Assembly (NCBI GenBank): GCA_024137785.1
Contig: JAHRHZ010000051.1
Location: forward strand, 18,388,634-18,452,633
Origin: Ginglymostoma cirratum
Lineage: Eukaryota
Reading direction: 5' to 3'
DNA length: 64,000 nucleotides
In this document: one piece after another, positions 13,443 to 25,200 of the stretch
Numbering within the stretch: position 1 is the first letter of the stretch
Layout: each line of letters opens with the position of its first letter
The notes under the pieces: model-generated
Databases searched by the model: none
What the model was told of the DNA's origin: nothing
What the model saw: the letters and a program-made list of their open reading frames with translations, nothing else
Program-made: the position numbers and the translations under genes

Positions 13443-15344
13443 AATGAGAAAGAAATGCGTTAAATTGTTGCTAAGTGGTGCATTATGGATTAAAGGGCGT
13501 GCACTCAGTTTTACACTGCAAAATGAGGGTGGAGTAAGGTAGGGTTGGGGAGGATGGTGCTCATAAAGTAGGATGATATTTTGCATAAATGAGATGGGAA
13601 AGTGCAAAGAAGCATGAGCAAGAACATTATCATTGAGACAGAGTGAGGCAGCCAAGAGAGCTCATGGCAGAGGATGACACATTGGAGACCAATGGTGAGA
13701 GGAGGATTCAGCTGACAGGATTCTGTTATCCTACCTTGGGGTGGCCAGGGATGTTAAAAGACCCTCCTTTGGATAATCTTTTCTGACATCAGCTTCATAG
13801 AATTTAAAAACGATTTAGGAGAAAATAAGTGTGGCATGAAAGAAAAAGAAACAAGGATTTGGATAGCTTTAGTAATGGAGGAGATGTAGGAGCTTTATTT
13901 CAGGTCAGAGGAGGTAATGAGGACAAGAATACTGAATGGTGAGAAAGAACTGAAGGTGAGACCATTAAAGTTAATGAGACGTAGCTGTTAAGCTGCAAAA
14001 AACAAAAGCAAAGTGTGCAGAAGAACTGAAACTAAATTTTCATTGCTCCACTGAAGATGGGTGAATGGAACTAATTTAGCCATTACAGTGCACATAAACC
14101 TATCATCTGAAGAACACTGATGCCTGTTGAGTAGAAATCTGGCTGCAGAATAAGTGGAAAATGCTATTAATTACATAAAGGAGGAATACTGTGGGTTAGA
14201 GAACAGAGGCTACAGAGCTAAATCTGTACAGATAGAATAAGTTTAGAGCAAATTAGATAGTCATGAACATTACTTTGGTAGGTGGTAATAACTTTTTAGA
14301 AGGGTGGAGCCAGAACATTTGACATGTTTTGGAGTTGCTCATAACAGCTGATGATGCACCAAAGCAATCAATCAACAGTTCCAAACCGACATCACACAGT
14401 GGTGGATGAACCATATAAAGGTATCTAAGTTTCCAACTGTGGATTTGGTCAGATCTTTTAATGTACTGCTTGCGAGTTACAGCAGATATCCACTCATTTG
14501 GAGATTACTAAGTATAGAAAGGCAATCAAACAAAATAGAAAAGAGTGAAGATATTTTTCTAGGAAGTAAATTTCTAAACAGAAAAATAAGTTATGAAATA
14601 GTAAATACATTGACTTTGAAGGCATTTTTCTTGATGGGAAGGATTAGAGATCCTATTGGATTTCAGACAGCAGAGGAACTGACAGAGTAGGGATAATTAC
14701 AAAAATTGAACAGGTAAAGAATTGGAGGTGTGATCTTCAATGCATTCAATAAGAAAAGTCTGAAGAGAAAAGTGGACCATAAAAAATGCCTATGTGGCTG
14801 GTGAAGCACAAACAATGATTTCAAAAGAAAGTGGAATGGGCGACTGGGATTGAACAGGGGTGTGAGACTGACAAGACTGGCGCCATGGAGAGCTTGATGG
14901 GCTTAATGACCTCTTTCTGTGCGAGAAGTGCTCTATGATTCTGAGAATTGACTTTTTCTTTAGCAGAGTTTAAAGGTAGATATTTAGAAATTGGCAAGGA
15001 ATACGATGAAATAACAGACAAGATGCAGGAGGAGACAGGCTGATACAGCTTTTCAATAAAATTATATCTAGGGGTAGAACTACCAAACTTGGCAGAAGAG
15101 TGAAGTATGAAAACTTTAGAGCAGCTGCAATAGTGTCAGTTACTTTACTTATGCTGACAGAACCAATAAGCGTAAATGCTACAATAGGACTAGGTAAAAT
15201 AATCTTCAAGATTGTTTAAGTTAGTTCATTTACGCTCTCAAATAAAGAAGTGACTGATTTGTTGCTGGATTTCTGAAAGAGGTAAATATAAAAACACGAT
15301 CAGAATAGTCTAATGAGACAAATACATTTTAAGAGTTAGAGCTG

Positions 15345-15710
15345 AACAAAACAAAGATCTTGTATTTATATTGTGTTCTCATGACTTAGAATGTACAGCT
15401 AATGAGGTACTTTGATTTGTGATTATTGTTGAAATATAGGGAAATGCAATACCCAGTTTGTACACGGTAAAGTCCTACAAACAGCAGTCAGATACACACC
15501 AGATAATCTGTTCTTCTCAGTGCTGTTGATTGAGGGATAAATTGGAGGACTCCCCTGCTTTTCATTTAATTGTGTCATAAGATATTTGGCATCCACCTGA
15601 AATATAAATGGGGACTTCAGTTTAATGACTCATCCAAAAAGCCGCACTTCCAATTGTGGTGCTTTCTTTCAGCATTGCAGTGAAGAATCATCCTGGATTA
15701 TTATGTACTC
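15345..15710 (-). mobile_element. Deu-domain SINE
   Basis: cttgtatttatattg...cagtttgtacacggtaaagtcctacaaacagc...gattgagggataaattgg...catccacctga...cagtttaatgactcatccaaaa. Confidence 0.7.
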
Positions 15711-16164
15711 GTGTTTATTTATGAAGATGAGAAAAAGGTTCTGGAGCTTAGCTGAAATACCAGTCTGATTTGGTTAGGCTGATAATTTACCCATGGTCAT
15801 GGAGCAAAAAAACTCAAAATTAGTGGAAACATTGCTGATGATGAACACTTAGTGACTGCAGGATAGGGAAAGATAGATAAATTTTGATTGACAAGTGCTT
15901 TAAAATTACAGACCTATCAAGTTTAAGACAGGAATAGACAAATTTAGCATGATGGAGGCAGGAAAGTTTGACCACAAAAATTTAAGATTCACTGATTCAA
16001 GGCAGTGGTGCAAAATGAACATCGTATCAACTTGACACAGCCAAAATGTACCAGAGGAAAGGTCACAGGCGTGAAACATTAACTCTGCTTCTATCTCCCA
16101 GATGCTTCAAAACCTGCTGAGTACATCCAGCATTTTCAATTTTCATATCAGCTTTATTCACGCT

Positions 16165-16340
16165 ATCATTCTTGCCTCTGAGTCAGAAGCTTAGGTTTGA
16201 ATCCCTAATCAGGATCCAGGGGCATAATTGGCATTCAAACACAATCTGAAAATGCGCTACATTATCAGAGGCATTTTGCTTTAAATGAGTTGTGAAACTG
16301 AGGTCCTATTTGTTTGTTCGGGTGGATGTTAAGGCTGACG
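16165..16340 (+). mobile_element. Deu-domain SINE 5' fragment
   Basis: cttgcctctgagtcagaagcttaggtttgaatcc tRNA-like head, then aaactgaggtcctatttgtttgttcgggtggatgttaa. Confidence 0.6.
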
Positions 16341-17782
16341 GGAAGACATGAGGATTATCAATGGAGAGTGATTAGATCCAATGGGCAGAAGAACCCTCCT
16401 CATGTTAGCCTATCACAAAATAATCTGAGTACATAATAAGCTGTGTTTATATCCTTATTTACTAGAAACATGGCCTTTATCATCTTGAAATCTTGTCCCC
16501 TCCATGCCATTGCTCTTCCACAATTCCTATACAGATTTCTCCCAAATTACAATTACATTTTTAACAAAAATGTGTCATCCTGGGCTTACTGCGATTGAAT
16601 CCCATTCACTACACTTATTTTAATTCTATCATTATATGAATATGTTTTTCACAGCTTCCATTGCATTTCAGATTAATTTGCAATGTCTCCTTTTTAACAG
16701 CAATTTTATATTTGGACACCAGCATCTCTGGGCCCTGTTTCTAAATCATTGCTGCATTCTGTAGTGAACAGAATATGGAACAGAACATAACTGGACACTA
16801 TTTTCCATTCCCAACCATTTTGACAAGTATCGGGGGAGATTTTGACAGTGCGAAGGAGGATTTGGCGAATCACAGAGCATGAGTGAGAAGGTGCAAGTGA
16901 AATAACAGTGAAGAAGCAGGAGGCCGCTTGCCAGATATCCAAGATGTTCTTATTAAATTGGACAGCAAAAGGGCTCATCCCAAATGAAATCTGCCTGAAT
17001 CAGAGCATTGCTACTGGAGCTAACCCATCTTATGGCATCCTTTTGAGAATATCAATGGCTATACATAATATGGTGGCAACTGTTGATCCTTGTGCAAAGA
17101 TCTTGGTTAGGCCTCATTTGGATACAGTGTCTGGTTTTGCTCTCTCCACACACTGGAATGTATTGAATCTCTCAGAGGAGGATCACATATTTAATTCTCA
17201 GTGATGAAAAACAATCTTGACCAAGAAGACAGAATAAAAGGGTTAGGACCCTATATTTCAGAGACAAGTAGAATTTGGAATAATTTGATTAAGGTTAAGT
17301 TTCAACTGACACATTTTTCCAATCAAACAGATTAGTGGGAGAATGGGTCGCAATTTTACATAGTACAAAGTCAGAACTCGATAGGATATCAGGAGCTGGT
17401 TCTCGGATCTCTGAAACAAGCAGCCGTTTCATGTGCTGGGGGAATATTTACATAATTGCCTTAAGTCAGAACAGATTGGTTTCTGACTACCAGCCTTTGT
17501 CTTTTGCAAATGGTAAGCACTGCAGAAAATTCAGGACCGAAGTAACCTCCTGGACTAGATCTGGTTGCAACAATGTCCAAGAAGAACTTCCCAGGTTTCT
17601 TTTCTCCATAACTGGCTTGGAATTTTATCTGGTTTCTCAATTCTTCTAGGGAATCACATGGATCAGCAGGGCTGAAGAGTGTATGTTTTGCAATATACAC
17701 AGTATTACAATTTGTGTAGGAAAGACTGGATGATACAGGGACTCTTTACCTAAGCTTTATTGTACTTATACTTATAAAAGGT

Positions 17783-18370
17783 TAGAAGTCACATGACACC
17801 AGGTTATAGTCCAACAGGTTTATTTGAAATCACAAGCTCTCAGAGCGTTGCTCCTTTGTCAGGTGAAGTGAAGGGAAGCACACAGGCACAGAATTTATAG
17901 GCAGTGAGATCAAAAGATAGTACAAATGGTGTGACAGGAACATTGACAATGTTGTTACTTTGGTTAGATCCTTGGCATGTGACTCTTATACCTATCACGT
18001 TATTCCAGCCATTTAGTTTGTCTCCAGCACCACCTTATTTTTAATTTTTTGTAATTCTCTCTCTGCCTCAATTAATTGGATCATAGGTCATCCCTTCACT
18101 TGCTATTCAGCTATTGACACTTTACTCACACCGTCTGACACTTTTGATCACCTGCAGAGACTTGTTATTCAGCCTGCTGATACTCCACTCATGTCATATG
18201 TACTATCTTTTGATCTTTCTGCCTATAAATTCTGTGCCTGTGTGCTTCCATTCCCTTCACCTGTTGATGCAGCAGAGCTTCGAAAGCTTATGATTTTAAA
18301 TAAACTAGTTGGATTGTAACCTGGTGTCATGCGACTTCTACCTTGTCCACTCAGGCATCTCCACGCATTG
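17783..18370. mobile_element. Non-autonomous Penelope-like element with about 150-bp inverted terminal arms
   Basis: 17783-17934 is the reverse complement of 18189-18340 (tagaagtc..gacaccaggtta..cacacaggcacagaatttataggcag..gatcaaaagatagtaca). The inverted repeat is seen directly; the family call is inferred. Confidence 0.7.
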
Positions 18371-20034
18371 TTTATATATGCATGCGGGGATGTTTCTTGG
18401 CACTGTAAGCTGCAATAGAGCATGGTGAGCTCCTAAAGTATAAGAACAATGAAATGCTTGAGGCCATTCAGCACATATTGCCAGTACAACCTCTTTGAAA
18501 GAGCATGCTACTATGACGACAAAAGGATCTGCAGCTGAGGCTTTAATTGTAAAGCTCTTACACACAATGAGATTATTCTAACATGAATGCCAAAACTACT
18601 CTTATTGAGGCCTTGGATTCCAGCATCTTGTCAACTTTTCCATGACTTCTTAGTTTTGTGACAGCATCTGTTTAGTTTGTGGTATTGAAAATTATCCATT
18701 GTCATAACAACAGTGAACCAGAAATTGTGCTGTGCTGGAACTACGTAAAGGGATCCTGATTCTCTGGGGCCAAGTAGTTCATGTAAAATATGTGAATGGC
18801 CATGCATCTTGTTTGGATACATCTTGCCCACATGATAAAAGGGAAGGGATAAGGGGATGGACTGATACGAAGATAATGAAATTTTGGAGTGTTCAAGATA
18901 CTACAACTCAAGTCTCCAAGTCTTGTGGACCCAACTGTGTCGCTTCAGCAACCACTCCTTTCTGATAGACAATGTGTTGAGGACAGAGGAGGCCCTTTCA
19001 CTTTTTCCACCTCCTTTTATCAATGCCAGGATGGGATGGCATGAATCAAATTTACACTCACGCGGGAAGTTGTCCAACAGGCACAAATTCCAGGACCCTG
19101 GAGGACGGTCCCACATTCTGGTTTTACCAGGCACTGCCTGCAATATTTTGACTTCTGGAACAGCTTAGGATCACGTGCTCTATTTCAATTTATTATCATA
19201 TCCAGAGGTCACACTGAACAATAATCTGTATTTTAAGTAGAGATCAATGTGTAATAACTTACAAAAGTGGTGATAAAGAGTTAAATAAAACTAAACATTA
19301 CTACCCTAATTTTATCGTTGTATGTGTAAACAATTCTAAGGATGTTGTGGGGTGGATTTTGACTTATTTAAGCTTCAGGTGCACTATTAGGATATTTTAC
19401 AAGCAACCTACATCAGCTATACACTGCATTAAAATCAAATAGGACTCCATCTATTCTATTCCAACAATGAGATGCTACCCTCTTTCTAAAAGCTACTTTG
19501 CACATCTGACACATAAATACTTCTTTTCCTATAGACTCACTAGTTCCTGCAAACTATAATTTGATACTAATTGAGATGTTCCATATTATTGACTCAGGTT
19601 AGCTTGAATTAGAGGAGGTAATCTAGTAGTGCAGGTAAAAGAGCATTTATTTCAACTACTATACTACTTGGTGTCCTTAGTAATTAATGTGCTTCACATG
19701 ATCTAAATGCAACTGTTAATGCTGCAATGGAAATGGAGCAGAATGTAAGGACCCTAAATCATACCACCAGCCTCTCCCAAATGAGCTGAGTGTAGTGACT
19801 CACTTACTAAGTAAAAGCAAAAAATTTGCATAAATACAGGAAACATTCCAGTATTTGTGAAGTGAACAAAGCAGTGTTGATATTTTAGGTGTTTACCCTT
19901 CATCAGATCTCACACAGGAACTAAGGTTGAAATTTAGTAAAGGACTCTTTTTCAGAATTTGCAGATGGAAGAGGGAAATTTTAAGTGAATAAAATACAGG
20001 CTGACAGTCAGGTGGTTTCCCTACAATTTGCTTT

Positions 20035-20360
20035 GACCCCCTCAAAGCTCCTTTGACAGTACTTTACAAATCCACAACCTCTATTATCTAGAATGGCAAA
20101 GACAGCAAATGTGTGGGAGCACCACGAGCTGCAAGTTCCCCTTTAAGTCACACACCACCCTGACTTGGAACTACGTTGACATGATTTCACTGTCATAGGG
20201 TCAAAAGCCTCCCCTCCTAAAAGTACTTTGGATGTGCCGGCATGCCATGGACTGCAACGGCACAAGGTGACAGCTCACCGCTGCTTCTCAGGGCAATTAG
20301 GGAAAGGCAATAAATACTGGCCATGTCAGTGAAGTTCACATTCCAAAAAGCAATGAAACA
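20035..20360 (+). mobile_element. LINE 3' end (CR1/L2 group) whose tail is shared with the SINE at 3570
   Basis: tgcaagttcccctttaagtcacacaccaccctgacttggaac...cagggcaattagggaaaggcaataaatactggcc. Reverse-strand copies lie at 21100-21640, 49770-50640 and 55215-55380. Confidence 0.7.
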
Positions 20361-21099
20361 AAATAAGGTCTTGGGGCTACTTAGCAATTATGTTAATCAG
20401 GCTTAAATTTATCAGGTCTCAGCTGAAATATAAGATGATTTACCATCTTATAGAAATAATGTTTTAACTCAAGTGTAGGAAAAAAAATTACACTGTTTTA
20501 CCCACTCAAAACAATGATCATGTTTGTTTACTCAAAAGCACAGGGTTAGATTAGGGAACAGTTGAGGAGAAGGCCAGAGTTAGCTTTCTTGGCTGCAGCA
20601 GGGTTCGTGACAGTGATCAGCTTGTGCAAAAGTAACAATTGCAAATGCTTAGCTCCAGTAAAAGAACAAGACGTCGCATGTTGTTTTATAATTGAAGATC
20701 ATTCGCAAATGGGGACTGAGGTTCAGTGAGGTGGCCAAATTGTTGTTTAAAGAGGAGGCTTTAAAGAAGATTTTGAACATGGGCAGAGACACAGGAAGGT
20801 GAAACGGCTTGGGGAGCTCCACTGTGTGAGAGCAAGGCTGTATAAAACTTGTTTTAATAAATACAGAATCAAAGGAAGCAGAACACATTGTATACCTGTG
20901 TTGAAACAGTAAGGACGACACAAGCAAGTATATGGAGCTTGATTTACACAAAAAGGTGGCAATTCACTGATGAAAAAACTGCTGAAGTCACAGCATTAGA
21001 GTTGTTGGAGGTTGACTGTGGGAAAACAATTGGGATTTTATGTGCAATAGAATGAGGGTGACAAGTTCTGAATGAGTTGGATTTTAAAACAAATAGATT

Positions 21100-22290
21100 C
21101 TTTCATGGACTGCACGCATTACTGATGAGGTCAGCATTTATTTCCCATCCCTAATTGCCCTTGACAGGATAATCGTGAACAGCTGTGTTGACCCTCTTTA
21201 GTGCATCAGATGCAGTCACACCCAGCCTGTTAGGACGGGAGTTATAGAATTATTATCTAGTGAAAGTGAAAGAACAGTGATATACTTCCAAGTCAGGATG
21301 GTGTGTGGTATGGAGGGCAAAGCAGATGATGATGTCCCCATGTGTCTTTTGCGTCTATTCTTTTGGCTGGTAGAATTTGTATGTTTGGATGCTGCTATAA
21401 AAGAAACTTTAATGAGTTGCTGCAATGCATCTTGTTGATGGTCCATATTGCTCCCACACTGCACCAGTGGTGTAGGTAGTGAACTGATAAGCTGATGGAT
21501 GGGGGTCTTGGATGATGTTCACTCAACCGGGCAAGTGGAGAATATTTATCACTACGCTTCTGACTTATGGCTTGTAGACAGGATAGCAGAAGTCAGAAAT
21601 TGACTTACTCACTACAGAAATTCCAACCTCTGATCTGTTCATATCCAGGCAGTTCCAGGTTGCAAATAGTTTGGTTCCTGAGTTTGTTCACAAGTCAATT
21701 TGTGCACAAGTTGTGACACAATGTAGGACAACATAAAGCACGCCTTCCTAAGTATAGGAAATGTTCATATGTCAGATATTTAAAATTACACCACTATATG
21801 GGAACATGTTTATAGGTCGGACGTTTGTAAACCCCCTTTATATACACATATTTTTATATGGGCTGTCCAATTAAATTAGGGTTTTGTGGAGAGTACAACT
21901 GGGAAAGCCAGTCGTGAAACTGAGCCTGAAAGTGCTAAAAATATGGATGAGACTTTCAACACGAGTGGAGAGCATGCAACAAACTCGAGGCTGTAATAAG
22001 CACTCTTGCTAATGATTGAGAATGGGAATTTAAGTAAGTCACCCTGGTTTTCAACAATGGACAGTGCTTGAGTTCTGATCCAGTCTGGGGGCATGAAATT
22101 TGAGGGTTAGAGTCCAAGTACCTCCAGCAGAAAACAAATCTAGGATGGCTTTACTCTTGCCACTGTCAAGCTGCAAAACAAAAGTTGGATCATCAGAACT
22201 TCACTTTGGGCAAGGTGTTTGACAACATTAGAACTCGTCAATTTGAGGGTATTAATGGAGAGCAATGGCTGGTGCAAGGAGGAATGTCAA
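21100..22290 (-). mobile_element. Same LINE family, longer degenerate copy, interrupted by a MITE
   Basis: cagcatttatttcccatccctaattgcccttga...ttccaagtcaggatggtgtgtgg. LINE-like sequence resumes after about 21845. Confidence 0.6.
21643..21840. mobile_element. Degenerate Tigger/pogo-like (Tc1/mariner superfamily) MITE
   Basis: caggcagttccaggttgcaaa... left end and internal gttcacaagtc / tttataggtcggacgtttgtaa subrepeats typical of CAGGCAGTCCCC-terminated MITEs. The right TIR is decayed. Confidence 0.45.
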
Positions 22291-25200
22291 CTTAAAAATT
22301 ACATAATGAAAATTAACTCAAAAAGCTTTATATTTGTATGAAAATTAAAAATAAACTTAAAATAAAAGAAAACTGAATTCAAATAAAAATCTCTGCCAAA
22401 CCAGAAACATGTCAGTTCCTAAAATTTACAAATCCTGTTGGACATTACTATTTTAGGATTGTTACTCCAAATATTTACATTAATGGAAATACCTTCTGAA
22501 GCAGACACAAACATAAAAAAAGTTGTACTATTCATATTCACCTTTTTGGAAAAGATTAAGTGGCAACTGTGAATAAAGCCCATTTCACAAAGTCTGCTGA
22601 TTTTTATCTTAAATATGCAAAATGACTGAGATCCCTATTATTTACATGCTGAACCAAATGAATGAATATAAACAGCTCTACTACCTTACTACCGGGGAGG
22701 AACCATTTCAAGGAATGCAAATCAAGGAAAATTGAGCACTTGAAATGATGTATGTGGTACAACTATGGTGTATCAGGAAAGACAAATAATGTAGCCAATT
22801 GAAAGTGTCCTCTTATCACTAGAAGAACGATTCAGGAACATGCTGAACTACGATAGGGCATGTCATTATAAACTCGGTGAGAAGAAAAATTTAAAAGTCA
22901 CATATCACTAATAGTTAAGCTCAATTTACATGTTGTAAAATGACTTCTTTTTATATCGATGAGTTGCAATTTCAAGTATCCATTACAGGGTTGCTGATGC
23001 ATGAATAGTTTGGCATATACAGTATCTGGCAGTTCTACAATGAGAGAAGGGCTAATAGCATGTTAGTAACCTTTGCTGAACAGCATCCCTTTGAAAAAAA
23101 ATCGCAGTCTATGGATTAAAATTTACAACGTATTACAACTGACAGGAAGAAAAGCCTTCAAGATGAACAAATTACTTTCTTTATAACTGTTACCTCTGCA
23201 ATACAAGCTCCAATTACAAAAAACTATATTGCAAGAATTATCAAAATGCTGGCCTTTGTGGTAGGAAGCAACTTCACTGAGTTTCTTTTTTACAGACAGA
23301 TCTCTGGACTCTGAATATTTATTACTAATGTCTGCATAAAACATTCAAATATGTACAGATTTGAGTTGATAACTGTATCTCTGTTTACATAACTGATTGC
23401 ATTTTTTCACAGAATTTGCAATTGTTTTGTACTGAAGTGCAACATGGAATTTTTTTCTTGCTCTTACAGCCCATCGAAGATAAAAACGCATCTATCTCAC
23501 AGTGCTGATATTAAAGCAGCACAGGATTAGTGTGATTCAAATCAAGACCATGTAAACAGCCCGATTCAAATCCCTCGCTGGCTTCTGCCCCCTTGTACAA
23601 CACAGGAGTATGCATTGACATGAATGTGATACAGTCTAGAGTACCTCCTGTCATGGTGCCATGCAAGTGGAGTGCCAGGATTGAATTTAGCTTTGATCAA
23701 TAGATCCATACAGGGCTCGATCAACAATGTAAATGTGCTATATGAATTTTTTTAAAAAGCCTGCTTATCTTGTTGAACATTGAAGAATATTTTATGTAAG
23801 CAGAACAAAAGAGTTGTATTGTAATCTGCTTCGATGCAAAAATGATAGAGTGACAAACATTGGTAAAAATTTTGACTGGCTACTTTAAGAAAAGGTCCCT
23901 TGATACAGAATCAATTACTTCCTAATATTTCTTAGCACTTCTATATGAGAAATGTTTATAATATGATCTTAACTTTTCGTTTGCTATTACTTTGCAGAAC
24001 CACGCATGGCTGGAATCAGGAATTTTTGGGTTGTGGTTTGAAATCCTGAAATAAAAGAAACCCTGCATAATGCATTGTTTTTCTGCTACAGAAAGGAATT
24101 CATTTTGACAGCGTTGTATTTTTCTTTACAAAATGTTAAATTGTTTTATTTTAGCACAAATGTTCACTGCTAACATGTTGATTTTTCTACATTAAAAATC
24201 TGTAAACAGTATTCTCGTAAAAGAGGGAAAAGTGAAGGGGAAGAATATTTAGCACAGGGAGCTCTAAAGTGGGTAAAGTAGATGGAGGCCCAACATGCTG
24301 GCAAATGGCTATTAAATAAAACAAATATTAAACACGAAGTCTTTCTGAAATGTGACAGATCTAAATTAAGTAGTTAGATCTACATTTCACATGCAACAAG
24401 GTTAATCGGTCACAGGAAAGTGATAGGAAAATTACATATTTTATTATGAATTCTACAGTAAGATAATAGGTAGAGAATGAGTTAAAAAGACCTAGTAATG
24501 AAAAAATCTTCAGTACTCTTGGAAGATATTTGTGATTCTTGAATGGTTCAGGTAGACAGCAAGTGTTCCAAAATGGTGCTGAATATCTGATTAAATAATA
24601 ACTATCTGTACATTTATGCTAGAAATTGAAAGGTCAGCAATTATTTTGAACCTCTACAAATTGATTTACACATCCCGAATTTCTTGGTATAGTATGGCCT
24701 TTATCCACCGTTAGTTATATATTAACTTGCACAATATTATGATGGCAGATTTGAGGTGCTTAACCTCCGCGTTGACAGTGCCTTTTGTGAAACTCCCTCC
24801 TACACTTTAGAACCCCTCTGTGCTAGCTGAGCAATTCTAGCTCCAACACACAGAAAAGTGTATGAGCATAACTACTGAAATGCTCAATGTCAAAACGACT
24901 GTTTTCTAGCCAACAACACATGTTCCAGAAACTTCTTTCACTTGAAGTATCTTCTGAGAACTGGTCATGGTCAACAGTACCTGATTATTTATAAAATGCT
25001 TTAGCAAATCATAGCTATTTTGGTCTGCTGTAGAAATCAATTATAGCTTTATGCCACCTTTAGTCTCTATTTTATCAAATCATCAGCTGAAGATACTGTA
25101 ACTGAAAACTTGACATAACAGAAATGCAGGATGTTGCAAACTACTGGAGCAACAAAGTCATATTTTTGAAATTTCACCTTATTTTAAACTAAATGTTTAG

